Positions 1 through 9,391 of a stretch of 64,000 nucleotides of DNA are shown piece by piece (within the stretch, counting starts at the first letter, position 1; each line of letters opens with the position of its first letter). Where the stretch lies: positions 31,358-95,357 of the forward strand of contig CAYSFT010000001.1 of NCBI GenBank assembly GCA_964430755.1. The letters are read 5' to 3'. This DNA comes from an uncultured Lachnospiraceae bacterium (lineage in GTDB: Bacteria; Bacillota; Clostridia; Oscillospirales; CAG-272). The notes below the pieces were generated by a model, which saw only the letters and a program-made list of their open reading frames with translations, was not told where the DNA came from and did not search any database. The translations under genes and the position numbers were made by a program.

Positions 1-833
1 AGCATAATTCCGTAGTACGCCCGGCTCTTTCAAGCGGTAAGGAGATTCGTATATTTAACTCTGCTCTGTATCTCTACGGAGAGGAACACACAGCTGCGAT
101 TCTTGCATCCATCGACTCGCTTTCGCGCGGAGCTTCAATCCTCATCGCAACGGCGGCGTCAAACATCTGCGGTGTAACGCTTCCCATACCTGAAATCGGT
201 GCATATTGCCGCGAGCACGGTATACTCTTCATCGTTGACGCTTCACAGGGCGGCGGCTTATATGATATAAACGTCACACGCGACTGTATAGATGTCCTGT
301 GCTTACCCGGACACAAGGGACTATACGGCCCAATGGGATGCGGACTTATGATACTCGGTGAAAATACTGTCCTGCCACCGTTTATGCTCGGCGGAAGCGG
401 TGTTGACTCACGTTCAAAGTCAATGCCCGAGCTGCCGCCGGAAAGATACGAGGCAGGAACACTTCCGCTTCCGCTCATATCGGGACTCAGGCGCGGTATC
501 GAGTTCGTAATGAAAAGGACACCTGCCGCCATACTCGAACACGAAAAAAAGCTCGCGCGGCAACTGAAAAAAGAGCTTGTCCGTCAAAAAGTACACGTCT
601 ATCTGCCCGAATGTGAGAGCGGCATCGTGCTTTTTAATATAGACGGCTTTGAGTCTGAAGAAGTCGCCGAATTTCTCGGTAAACAAGGAATATGCACGCG
701 CGCCGGACTCCACTGCGCTCCTCTTGCACATGACACGCTCGGAAGCACCGGAGCAGTGCGTGTCAGCTTTGGCATATATAATACCCCCGAGGAAGTCCGC
801 GAGTTTTCACGCAAGCTCCGTTTTATACGCTAA
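1..833 (+). CDS. Aminotransferase class V / cysteine desulfurase-family protein, C-terminal part (5' end outside window)
   Basis: Frame 3 is open from the window edge to TAA at 831-833. The translation contains LFIVDASQGGG, LCLPGHKGLYGPMG (PLP-lysine GHK motif) and TRAGLHCAP, typical of NifS/Csd-like fold-type I enzymes. Confidence 0.75.
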   Translation, partial: HNSVVRPALSSGKEIRIFNSALYLYGEEHTAAILASIDSLSRGASILIATAASNICGVTLPIPEIGAYCREHGILFIVDASQGGGLYDINVTRDCIDVLCLPGHKGLYGPMGCGLMILGENTVLPPFMLGGSGVDSRSKSMPELPPERYEAGTLPLPLISGLRRGIEFVMKRTPAAILEHEKKLARQLKKELVRQKVHVYLPECESGIVLFNIDGFESEEVAEFLGKQGICTRAGLHCAPLAHDTLGSTGAVRVSFGIYNTPEEVREFSRKLRFIR

Positions 834-941
834 ATCAAGAAAAATAGGGCTCTGTATTCAGGCAAACGGATGCGGAGCCTTCATTTGTATAAACTGATAT
901 ATCGTAATATTGCGATAAAATGTCGTTTTGATGTTATAATC

Positions 942-971
942 TTGACAAAAATCACACAAGTGATGTATAAT
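942..971 (+). promoter_or_regulatory. Sigma-A type promoter upstream of the GH36 gene (TTGACA-18 nt-TATAAT)
   Basis: TTGACA at 942-947 and TATAAT at 966-971, about 35 nt upstream of the GAGG RBS and ATG at 1007. Confidence 0.55.
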
Positions 972-1006
972 ATTACGAGAAGAAAAATCCAATATGAGGT
1001 ATCATT

Positions 1007-3042
1007 ATGCAACTCAATTTCAAAAATCTCACATTTGATATATCTGACGGCAAAATCTCACTTCGCCGTTTTGGTAAAACAGAAAGTAAATTTAACGGCA
1101 ATTTTGTCGAGGTGCAAATCGCAGGCGAAAACAAGATGAACCACATGGCGCAAAAATGGCAAATTCGTCCGAGGGTGTGCGCCTTTTTTATGTAAACCAT
1201 GAGCTTTGCGAAAATTCGCTAACTATAACACAGCGCTCCGAGCTGATTGAAGCTAAAACCACCTTCGAAGCCCTTTGTGACGCTGACACACTTCGCATTT
1301 ACACCGAGATCACCAATATTGCAGATGAAACGATCACACTCGAAGAAGTGTCCGCGTTTGTGCTGTCCGGTATTGGCAACGGCATTTCAGATATCGACGG
1401 ACTTTACTATACCCGTTTCATTCAGAGCCATCACATCGAATGTCAGCCGAAGCGTCTTTCTTTTGCAGATTTCGGTTTCCTTTCGGATTCAATGTTACCC
1501 GAATCTCAAAGGCGTATCGCAGACGTTAACGTCGGAAGCTGGTCAACCAAGGAGGAGCTTCCCCAGGGTATCATCGAGGATACAAAGAAAAACAGCTTCA
1601 TCATGTTCCAGATCGAGTCGAACAATTCGTGGTACTACGAAATCTCCGACCGTGACAAGGAATTTTACCTCTGGCTCGGCGGCGCAAATCTACCGTTTGG
1701 CTCTTGGAGTAAATCGCTTGACAAGGGCGAATCTTACCGTACACCAAATGTCGCAATCGCGGTTTCCGATTCGCTGAACGGCGTGCTCGGTGAGATGACA
1801 AAGTACCGCCGTGCAATATGCGGTCTTGCAAAAGCGGACAAGTCACTGCCCTCCATCTTCAATGAATATATGCACCTCTCGTGGGACAGCCCCACAGAGG
1901 AAAACACAGCGATCTATGCACCCGTTCTTGCGAAAACCGGCGCCCAATATTACGTCATCGACTGCGGCTGGCATAATGAAGAACCGGGTGATCAGGTCTA
2001 CCCTTACGTTGGTCAATGGAAAGAAAGCCACGCACGTTTCCCGAGAGGCGTTCGTGCAACAACCGACTTTATCCGCTCTCTCGGAATGAAGGCAGGACTT
2101 TGGATCGAACCCGAGGTCGTCGGAATATACTGCAAAGAAATGCTTGATTATTACACTGACGACTGTTTCATCAAGCGTTACGGCAAAAAAATTGCGGTCA
2201 AAAACCGTTACTTCCTCGATTACCGTCATCCCAAGGTCATCGAATATATGAGCGAAACGATCCGCCGCATGGTTGAGGATTACGGCGCTGACTACATAAA
2301 GTTCGACTATAACCGTGACATGGGCGTTGGAACGGATGTTGACTGTCTGACTCCCGGCGAGGGACTTGAGCTTTGTTCAAAAGCATTCCTCGACTGGTTT
2401 GATGACATGAGAGCACGTTTTCCCAACGTCGTTTTCGAAGGATGTGCTTCGGGCGGCATGAGAATGGATTATCGTACCCTCTCCTCGTTCTCGCTTGTCT
2501 CCACGTCTGACCAAACAAATTATCTTCAGTATCCGTATATTGCAGGCAACATTCTCTCTGCGGTCATTCCCGAGCAGGCAGCGGTATGAAGTTACCCCGT
2601 CGGAGAATGTACCAAAGAAGAAATTAACGACGATCAGATTGTGATGAATATGATCAACAGCTTTCTCGGAAGAATGCACCTTGCAAGTCACCTTGAATGG
2701 ATGAATGAAGATCAGCTGAAGCTTGTTCGCGAGGGTGTTGATTACTATAATAAAATCTCGCCTCTCAAGCATAACGCACTTCCCTATCTGCCCTGCGGCT
2801 TCACAGCGTTCGGCGATGAAAAAGTCGTCTCCGGTCTTAAATCCGGCAACAAGATTCTCCTTGCCGTGTGGACACTGACAGATAAAACCGATCTCGACAT
2901 TCCGCTTGACTGTAACATTGCAGACGTAAAGCTCGCATATCCCTATGTACCCAATGCAAATTACAGCGCTGATGCAAACAAGCTTCACATAAGCTTCGAG
3001 CGCGGACACACCGCAGCATTCTTTGAAATAGAAGCCAAATAA
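1007..3042 (+). pseudogene. GH36 (melibiase-type) alpha-galactosidase, disrupted by one frameshift and one in-frame TGA
   Basis: ORFs 1007-1195, 1156-2589 and 2641-3042 are collinear and read as one enzyme (VIDCGWHNEE, WIEPEVV, KFDYN, GCASGGMRMDY, TSDQT). The frame switches within about 1126-1146. TGA at 2587-2589 is in frame with the downstream SYPVGEC...MNMINSF sequence. Confidence 0.7.
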
Positions 3043-3048
3043 AAGAAT

Positions 3049-3103
3049 CCCCCTTAGTATTGCCTTGAAAGCCTTTCGCTTTTCAGGGTGTACACTAAGG
3101 GGG
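3049..3103. terminator. Bidirectional hairpin terminator between the convergent GH36 and GH3 genes
   Basis: CCCCCTTAGT (3049-3058) pairs with ACTAAGGGGG (3094-3103). T-rich sequence follows on the plus strand. Confidence 0.55.
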
Positions 3104-3129
3104 TATATTATTCTGTTAAAAGCCGTTTG

Positions 3130-4719
3130 TCACTGAAACTTCACGTCATATGTGAGTTTACCGTTTGCCGGATACTCACCTGCAAGAACGTCAAGCGTAT
3201 AAAGCGTATTGATAGGCGAGCAGGTTCCGATAATAACACGCGGAATATGCGGAATATCCTCAAGAACATACGGATTTCCGAAATGAACAATAGTCGATAT
3301 GCGACCAGTTATCTGAAGCGCTTCCATAAGCGTGGTTATACGTGCGGTAAAGCATTCACGACCTAAATATGCACAGCTTCTGAAGAAGGTCACAAACACA
3401 ACATCATCACAGTTCTCCGCGCCTCTGAGAACACGCATATTTTCGCTCACACTCGGGAACTGGCTGATCATTGTAAATTCGGAATTCGGATAAAGCTCCT
3501 TGAGTCTGTCCGCTATTTTGAGAGGACTGTACCAGTCGCGGCTGAACGTATCTACCTCGGCACGGTTATTGATGTCAACCGTGGTTTCGGTAAGTATCGC
3601 AAAATAATGCTTTCCGTCGCGTGAAAGTGTCACAGGCACGCCGTCGTCTGTTTTAGCAAAAACGGAATCACGGTTGATCTTATCAAAATCAGTGAGGTCT
3701 TTATCTGTAAGTGCGGTATACTTAGGTTCGGCAAGTGTTTTATGCTGTGCCGCAAGGATTCGTGTAACAGCCTCGTCAAGACGCTCATCGGATATAATAC
3801 CGTCATCGTAGGATTGACACATTGCATCATAAGCAGCCATGTGGTCTCCGTCCCATGCAAGCGCAATATCGTTTCCGTGTCCAACCGAAAGACCGACGCC
3901 GTGCACCCTGCCGAATTTTGCGACTATACCGTGCATACAAAGAGCATCTGTAACGGCGAAACCGTCAAAGCCTTGCTCACGGATGATGCCGATAACCTTT
4001 TCCGAAAGGCTTGCAGGATAGTCGGGATCAATATTAACATAACGTGCATGACGTGTCATGATTCCGTCAAGAAGTCCCTCTTTCATGAGCTCAAGATACG
4101 GATAAAGATTATAGTCAAGCAGTTCCTCAACAGTCGCCTCCGAAATAGCCTCTGCCATATGCGAGTCCATTGCACCCGCGGCACCCTCTCCGGGATAATG
4201 CTTTCCAACAGTTAAAATACCGCCGTCATGCATACCTCTTGCAATAGCGGCTGCCAGCTTTGCAACTTTTTTCTTATCGCTTCCGAGAGAACGGATATTG
4301 GTTCCGACCATACATCTGCCGTCTGCAATATCAAGAATCGGATTGCAAACCACGTTGTAACCGAGTTCACGCGCGGTCACAGCAGTCACCTTGCCAAACA
4401 TATATGCACCGTCCTCGCTGTCGATCATTCCGAGTGCATTGTGCTTACCGATCGAGCGCTCATCGCCGATTCCGCTTTCCGCATCACACATAATAAGGAT
4501 CGGATAATCGGCAGCCTCCTTGATTTTGTCGATTCTTGCCTTTGTGACATCGGGATGATCTTCATCGAAATTCACCCATACAGCGCCGACCGAATGCTGT
4601 TTTATAAGCTCTATGACACAATCAACTTGTTCGGGTGTTGCCTCTCTGAAAACCGTCGCAATTGTGACAAATCCGAGCTTTTGCTTTAAGTTCAGTTCTT
4701 CAAGCTTGAGTTCTCTCAT
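3130..4719 (-). CDS. Glycoside hydrolase family 3 protein (NagZ/beta-hexosaminidase- or beta-glucosidase-like)
   Basis: KHYPGEGAAGAMDSH motif (GH3 KH(F/Y)PG.G...DSH) with an upstream D-rich catalytic region. ATG at 4719 has a GGGGG RBS 7 nt upstream, so the ORF-track start at 4743 is less likely. Confidence 0.75.
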   Translation of the reverse strand: MRELKLEELNLKQKLGFVTIATVFREATPEQVDCVIELIKQHSVGAVWVNFDEDHPDVTKARIDKIKEAADYPILIMCDAESGIGDERSIGKHNALGMIDSEDGAYMFGKVTAVTARELGYNVVCNPILDIADGRCMVGTNIRSLGSDKKKVAKLAAAIARGMHDGGILTVGKHYPGEGAAGAMDSHMAEAISEATVEELLDYNLYPYLELMKEGLLDGIMTRHARYVNIDPDYPASLSEKVIGIIREQGFDGFAVTDALCMHGIVAKFGRVHGVGLSVGHGNDIALAWDGDHMAAYDAMCQSYDDGIISDERLDEAVTRILAAQHKTLAEPKYTALTDKDLTDFDKINRDSVFAKTDDGVPVTLSRDGKHYFAILTETTVDINNRAEVDTFSRDWYSPLKIADRLKELYPNSEFTMISQFPSVSENMRVLRGAENCDDVVFVTFFRSCAYLGRECFTARITTLMEALQITGRISTIVHFGNPYVLEDIPHIPRVIIGTCSPINTLYTLDVLAGEYPANGKLTYDVKFQ

Positions 4720-4809
4720 ATTTTTACCCCCATTTAGCATCAATGCTATATTTTCACATTATTTTATCACATTCATAAACAATTGTCAATGGAGAAAACG
4801 GTAAATATG

Positions 4810-5940
4810 TTATAAGTTTTTGTTTTTAAAATACTGAAAATATCCGCATTTTATCATGCCGTTGTAAAGCGTGCGTACCTTATCGGCACGGCGACCGTAC
4901 AAACGCTCAAAATCGGGAACGGACGTCAGAATATAGATCTGCCACGGCGCAAGACGCGCAAAACAGCGTCCCATAGCACGGTACAACGCCTCAACCTCAC
5001 GCATATCGGATAGACGCTCACCGTACGGTGGATTGCAAACTATCGTTGCGCGCCTATCAGCTTTAACGATCTGCGTTGCATCACGTTCGAAGCATTTTAT
5101 GTGCGCGCCCATATCGGCACGCTTGATGTTCGCGCGTGCAAGATCGACCATGTGCGGATCAATATCGCTTGCATAAACCTCAAAATCGGTGTCACGCTTA
5201 AAGCTCTCTGCTTCCTCACGTGCATCCTTCCAAATCTTTTCGGGTATGTCGTAAAACTCCTCTGCCGCGAAATTACGTCCGAGTCCGGGCGCAGTACCTG
5301 TCATCATCATAGCAGCCTCAATAGCGATCGTACCCGAGCCGCAAAACGGATCCCACAAAAGCACCTCATCGCGCGGACGTGACAGCTTGACCATCGCCGC
5401 CGCAAGGGTTTCGCGAAGCGGAGCAACACCTGCCGCAGGACGGTATCCGCGCTTGTGCAGTGCAACTCCGGAGGTATCAATCATAAGCGTTGCAGTGTCC
5501 TTTAAAATGAAAAACTCAACCTGATATTTAACACCCTCTTCCTTGAACCATGAAACTCCGTATTCGCCGGACAAGCGTTCAACGATCGCCTTTTTGACGA
5601 TACTCTGACAGTCGGGTATACTCGTCAGTGCCGATTTGATGCTGTGACCTTTAACGGGAAATGCATCATCCTCTGCGATCCATGCTTCCCAAGGAAGTGA
5701 GTTTGTTCCGTCGAATAACTCCGTAAATGTCGCGGCACGGAAGCTTCCCATTTTTATATAAAGTCGCTCTGCAAAACGCAGGTTTATGTTACAGCGCGCA
5801 ATTGCCGCCATATCGCCGCGAAATGTAACGCGCCCGTCAATTGTTTCTATACGCTCGTAACCGAGGGCATCAATCTCCTCGCCGAGCAATGCCTCAAGCC
5901 CGAAAAGGCAGGTGGCAACGTATTCATATTTGGTGGTCAT
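4810..5940 (-). CDS. THUMP-domain class I SAM-dependent RNA methyltransferase (RlmL/YpsC-like)
   Basis: N-terminal THUMP-like region, SAM motif I DPFCGSGTIAIEAA and catalytic NPPYGERL. Confidence 0.8.
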   Translation of the reverse strand: MTTKYEYVATCLFGLEALLGEEIDALGYERIETIDGRVTFRGDMAAIARCNINLRFAERLYIKMGSFRAATFTELFDGTNSLPWEAWIAEDDAFPVKGHSIKSALTSIPDCQSIVKKAIVERLSGEYGVSWFKEEGVKYQVEFFILKDTATLMIDTSGVALHKRGYRPAAGVAPLRETLAAAMVKLSRPRDEVLLWDPFCGSGTIAIEAAMMMTGTAPGLGRNFAAEEFYDIPEKIWKDAREEAESFKRDTDFEVYASDIDPHMVDLARANIKRADMGAHIKCFERDATQIVKADRRATIVCNPPYGERLSDMREVEALYRAMGRCFARLAPWQIYILTSVPDFERLYGRRADKVRTLYNGMIKCGYFQYFKNKNL

Positions 5941-6068
5941 ATATATTCCTCCACAGGTTATATTACAATATATTATCTCATATTTTTAGGTAATTGTCAA
6001 GAGGAGTATAATCTCATTTGTGAAAATCAACTTCACCGATTCTTCACAAAGCTTCCCATTCATAACGC

Positions 6069-6097
6069 TTACATACTTCACACACAGGAGGTATAAT
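6069..6097 (+). promoter_or_regulatory. Candidate promoter of the VTC operon (TTACAT-17-TATAAT)
   Basis: TTACAT at 6069-6074 and TATAAT at 6092-6097, 34 nt before the ATG at 6131. Confidence 0.4.
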
Positions 6098-6130
6098 ATA
6101 ACCATAAAATCAAGAAGTGAGGTCAAATCT

Positions 6131-6886
6131 ATGCCGCAAACCGTATTCCGACGGCAGGAGTTTAAATATCTTATAACTCATTCACAAAAAGAAAAGCTTC
6201 TCTCGCTCATGGATAAATATATTATCCCCGATGAGTACGGACGAAGCACAGTCTGCTCGATTTATTACGACACCCCGACAAGTATGCTCATCCGCCGCTC
6301 AATTGAATCCCCTATATACAAGGAAAAGTTGCGCATACGAAGCTACGGCAGAGTAAACAAAGACGACACCGTATTCGTTGAAATAAAGAAAAAATACAAG
6401 CATATCGTTTACAAACGCCGCGTCGGAGTCACACTCGAAAATGCCGAGCAGTGGTTATCGGGTAATATTATTGAACGCGCTTACGATATAAAACCGAGGA
6501 CTGCGCAGATAATGAGCGAAATCGACTTTTTCATCTCGCGTTACAGTCCGCTTGAGCCGGCAATGTTCATATCGGCGGAGCGTGAAGCATTTTACGGTGC
6601 AAAGGACCGCGAATTTCGCATTACGTTTGATGAAAACATCCTCTCGCGAAGCACCGAGCTTTCCCTATCATCCGATATATACGGAACACCGATTCTTCCG
6701 GACGGTATGGTGCTTATGGAGCTGAAATCGGGAACATCACTTCCCCTCCCAATCTGCCACGCGCTGTCTGACGAAGGAATCTTCAAAACCAAATTTTCAA
6801 AATACGGCACTGCGTATAAAAACGCTCTCGCCGAAAAATACATAACAGGAGACACCAATAATGAACTTATTCAAAGGATTGTTTGA
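6131..6886 (+). CDS. VTC-domain (CYTH-like, polyphosphate polymerase domain) protein
   Basis: MPQTVFRRQEFKYLI..., SIYYDTP, LRIRSYG and VFVEIKKKY..VYKRR resemble the PF09359 VTC tunnel-fold pattern. ATG at 6131 has a GTGAGG RBS, so the ORF-track start at 6020 is unlikely. Confidence 0.7.
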   Translation: MPQTVFRRQEFKYLITHSQKEKLLSLMDKYIIPDEYGRSTVCSIYYDTPTSMLIRRSIESPIYKEKLRIRSYGRVNKDDTVFVEIKKKYKHIVYKRRVGVTLENAEQWLSGNIIERAYDIKPRTAQIMSEIDFFISRYSPLEPAMFISAEREAFYGAKDREFRITFDENILSRSTELSLSSDIYGTPILPDGMVLMELKSGTSLPLPICHALSDEGIFKTKFSKYGTAYKNALAEKYITGDTNNELIQRIV

Positions 6887-7535
6887 TACCGAGCTTACAC
6901 AGCTTATAAGCGTAACTGATTTTCTTCTTTGCATAGCGGCGGCACTCGTCGTCGGAATCATATTTGCAGCAGCTTATTCTCGTTACAAACCAACCTCAAA
7001 AAGCTTTCTTATGACGCTTTTCATGCTTCCTGCCGTCGTCTGCGTTGTAATCATGATGGTTAACGGAAATGTCGGCGCAGGTGTTGCCGTTGCAGGCGCA
7101 TTCAGTCTGGTACGTTTTCGCTCTGTTCCCGGAAGCGCACGCGAGATATGTATGCTTTTTCTCGCAATGGGAGCGGGCCTTATCTGCGGTATGGGATATC
7201 TTGCATATGCACTGCTCTTTACACTCATCATGTCCGCTATCGTGCTTATTCTGAACGTATTCGCTAAAGGCGATGAGGCGAAAACACTCGTGATAGTTAT
7301 TCCCGAGGATCTTTCCTATTCGGAGCTTTTCGATGATCTTTTCGAGAGATACACAGCAACACATAAGCTGAAGCAGGTCAAAACAACAAATATGGGAAGC
7401 CTTTTCAAATTAAGCTATGATGTAACCTTAAAAAAAGGCATTAACGAAAAAGCATTCATCGACGAGCTTCGCTGCCGTAACGGCAACCTCGAAATAATGA
7501 TATCCGAAAGAGAGGACCTGCAAAATGCGCTTTAA
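6861..7535 (+). CDS. DUF4956-family membrane protein
   Basis: Several TM helices and a conserved AFSLVRFRSVPGSAREI segment. It overlaps the VTC gene by 26 nt, and this pairing is the usual partner arrangement of bacterial VTC-domain genes. Confidence 0.65.
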   Translation: MNLFKGLFDTELTQLISVTDFLLCIAAALVVGIIFAAAYSRYKPTSKSFLMTLFMLPAVVCVVIMMVNGNVGAGVAVAGAFSLVRFRSVPGSAREICMLFLAMGAGLICGMGYLAYALLFTLIMSAIVLILNVFAKGDEAKTLVIVIPEDLSYSELFDDLFERYTATHKLKQVKTTNMGSLFKLSYDVTLKKGINEKAFIDELRCRNGNLEIMISEREDLQNAL

Positions 7536-9351
7536 AATAATATGCGCGTCAGTATTGCTTTCACTGTTGACGCTCGCATCATGTCAAAATAAAACCGATG
7601 CAGACAATGCCATGCCCGGTGTCATAACGCTGAGCAAAAGCCTCACGATCACCGATGAGGGCACATATACGCTAAGTGGCACACTTGAGGACGGGCAGAT
7701 AACCGTTAACGCCGACAAAAACGCAAAAATCGAAATTATCCTTGACGGCGTTGACATAACCTCACAAAAAAGTGCACCGATCTATATAAAAGAAGCCGAC
7801 AAGGTGATACTCACTCTCGCCGACGGCAGTATCAATTCACTAACGAACACCGACGGATATGCAGCCATTGACGACAACAATATCGACGCGGTAATATTTT
7901 CTAAAGCAGATCTCGACATAAAAGGCGGAGGTGAACTTCACGTAAGTGCAAACGAGGGAAACGGCATCACCTCAAAGGATGATCTCGTGCTTGACGGCTG
8001 CAATATAACAGTCAAAGCAGGCAATCACGCGCTTGAAGCAAACGATCTTGTATCAATTTCAGGCTGTACGCTTGACCTGACCGCCGTTAAGGATGCAATT
8101 CACAGCGAAAACGAGGACGACACCACACTCGGCAATATAGAAATCATCTCAACAACAATAAACGCTTCTTCTCAAGGCGACGGAATTGATGCCGGCGGAT
8201 ATATCATGATAGATAACTCAACCGCAGATATAACCGCAAATGAAAAAGGCATCGTTGCGGCAGGAAAGCTTTCGATAAGCGAATGTTCAATGAAAATCAC
8301 CGCTGTTGATGACGCGCTCCATTCAAACGGCAGCCTTTTAATAAACGGCGGAGATTATGAGCTCAAAAGTGAGGATGACGGTATCCATGCCGACATGAAC
8401 GTTCGTATAAACAGCGGCGATATAACCGTCACAAACGCCTATGAGGGCATCGAGGGACAGACAGTTGATATTGCCGGCGGCAACATTTATCTCAACACAA
8501 GCGATGACGGAATCAATGCAGCCGGCGGAAATGATCAGAGCGGCTTTGGCGGCGGGGGCGATATGTTTGCCGTTGACGAAAATGCTTATGTCGTCATCTC
8601 GGGCGGTAAGATAGTAATAAACGCAAACGGTGACGGAATCGACTCAAACGGCAGACTGACCGTAACAGGCGGAGAGCTTTACATCTGGGGACCTACCTCC
8701 GGAGCAAACGGCGCACTCGATTATGCAAGCGAAGCAACAGTCGAGGGTGGTATAGTGGTTGCTGTCGGTTCAGTCGGAATGTCGCAGAATTTCACAAGCA
8801 GCTCAACTCAATGCTCATTTATGCTAAACTTAAACGGCAATGAAAAAGAAGATATTACAGTTTCAGATGGAGATGGCAATATTATAATTACGTTCACTCC
8901 GGAAAAAAAGTTTTCAAGCGTACTCGTCAGCCATCCGGATTTTGCGCTTAATGAAACCTACACCATAGCATCCGGCGAAACCTCACAAACCGTTGAATTT
9001 ACCGCCACCATTGTCGGCGGCAGCTTCGGAGATTTCGGAGGCTTCGGCGACTTCGGCGGAGGCGGCTTCAGAGGCGGACGAGGCGAACGTCCGAACGGAG
9101 GCTTTGAAACAAACGAGGACGGATCCATCCCCGTAATGCCCGAAATGCCTGATGGCGGCAATATGCCGACACCGCCCGACATGGGCGAATGGCAGGAGAA
9201 GGGAGAAAGGCCTGAAATGCCCGAGGGTGGATTCAATTTTGATGGCGGCTTCCCCGGTGATATGACACCGCCGGACTTTGAAAATATGCCGGGTATGCCG
9301 CAAAAGCCTGATGAGGAAACAACATCCGAGGAAACCGACCACAATGTCTGA
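7525..9351 (+). CDS. Lipoprotein with Cthe_2159-like beta-helix carbohydrate-binding domain and a low-complexity C-terminal tail
   Basis: Signal peptide with lipobox LLTLASC. The body consists of degenerate repeats (...DAIHSEN..., ...DGIDAGG..., ...DALHSNG..., ...DGIHADM..., ...DGINAAGG..., ...DGIDSNG...). It overlaps the upstream gene by 11 nt. Confidence 0.65.
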   Translation: MRFKIICASVLLSLLTLASCQNKTDADNAMPGVITLSKSLTITDEGTYTLSGTLEDGQITVNADKNAKIEIILDGVDITSQKSAPIYIKEADKVILTLADGSINSLTNTDGYAAIDDNNIDAVIFSKADLDIKGGGELHVSANEGNGITSKDDLVLDGCNITVKAGNHALEANDLVSISGCTLDLTAVKDAIHSENEDDTTLGNIEIISTTINASSQGDGIDAGGYIMIDNSTADITANEKGIVAAGKLSISECSMKITAVDDALHSNGSLLINGGDYELKSEDDGIHADMNVRINSGDITVTNAYEGIEGQTVDIAGGNIYLNTSDDGINAAGGNDQSGFGGGGDMFAVDENAYVVISGGKIVINANGDGIDSNGRLTVTGGELYIWGPTSGANGALDYASEATVEGGIVVAVGSVGMSQNFTSSSTQCSFMLNLNGNEKEDITVSDGDGNIIITFTPEKKFSSVLVSHPDFALNETYTIASGETSQTVEFTATIVGGSFGDFGGFGDFGGGGFRGGRGERPNGGFETNEDGSIPVMPEMPDGGNMPTPPDMGEWQEKGERPEMPEGGFNFDGGFPGDMTPPDFENMPGMPQKPDEETTSEETDHNV

Positions 9352-9391
9352 TAAATAAGAAAAAGCCGTAACAGTGCATATTACAGCATCG

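Noticed and set aside
74-532. 152-aa minus-strand ORF at the window start
   Set aside because: It is antisense to the class V aminotransferase reading frame, which carries clear PLP-enzyme motifs.
2587-2589. In-frame TGA inside the GH36 gene as evidence for an alternative genetic code (TGA=Trp or Gly)
   Set aside because: TGA terminates other well-supported genes in the window at the expected protein ends (for example 9349-9351, 58562-58564 and 30960-32). A point mutation or sequencing error is the simpler explanation.
9010-9110. Short tandem nucleotide repeats (GGCTTCGGAGATTTCGGAGGCTTCGGCGACTTCGGCGGAGGCGGCTTC) as a possible CRISPR or VNTR
   Set aside because: They lie inside the lipoprotein reading frame and simply encode the GDFGGF low-complexity motif. 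There is no repeat-spacer architecture.
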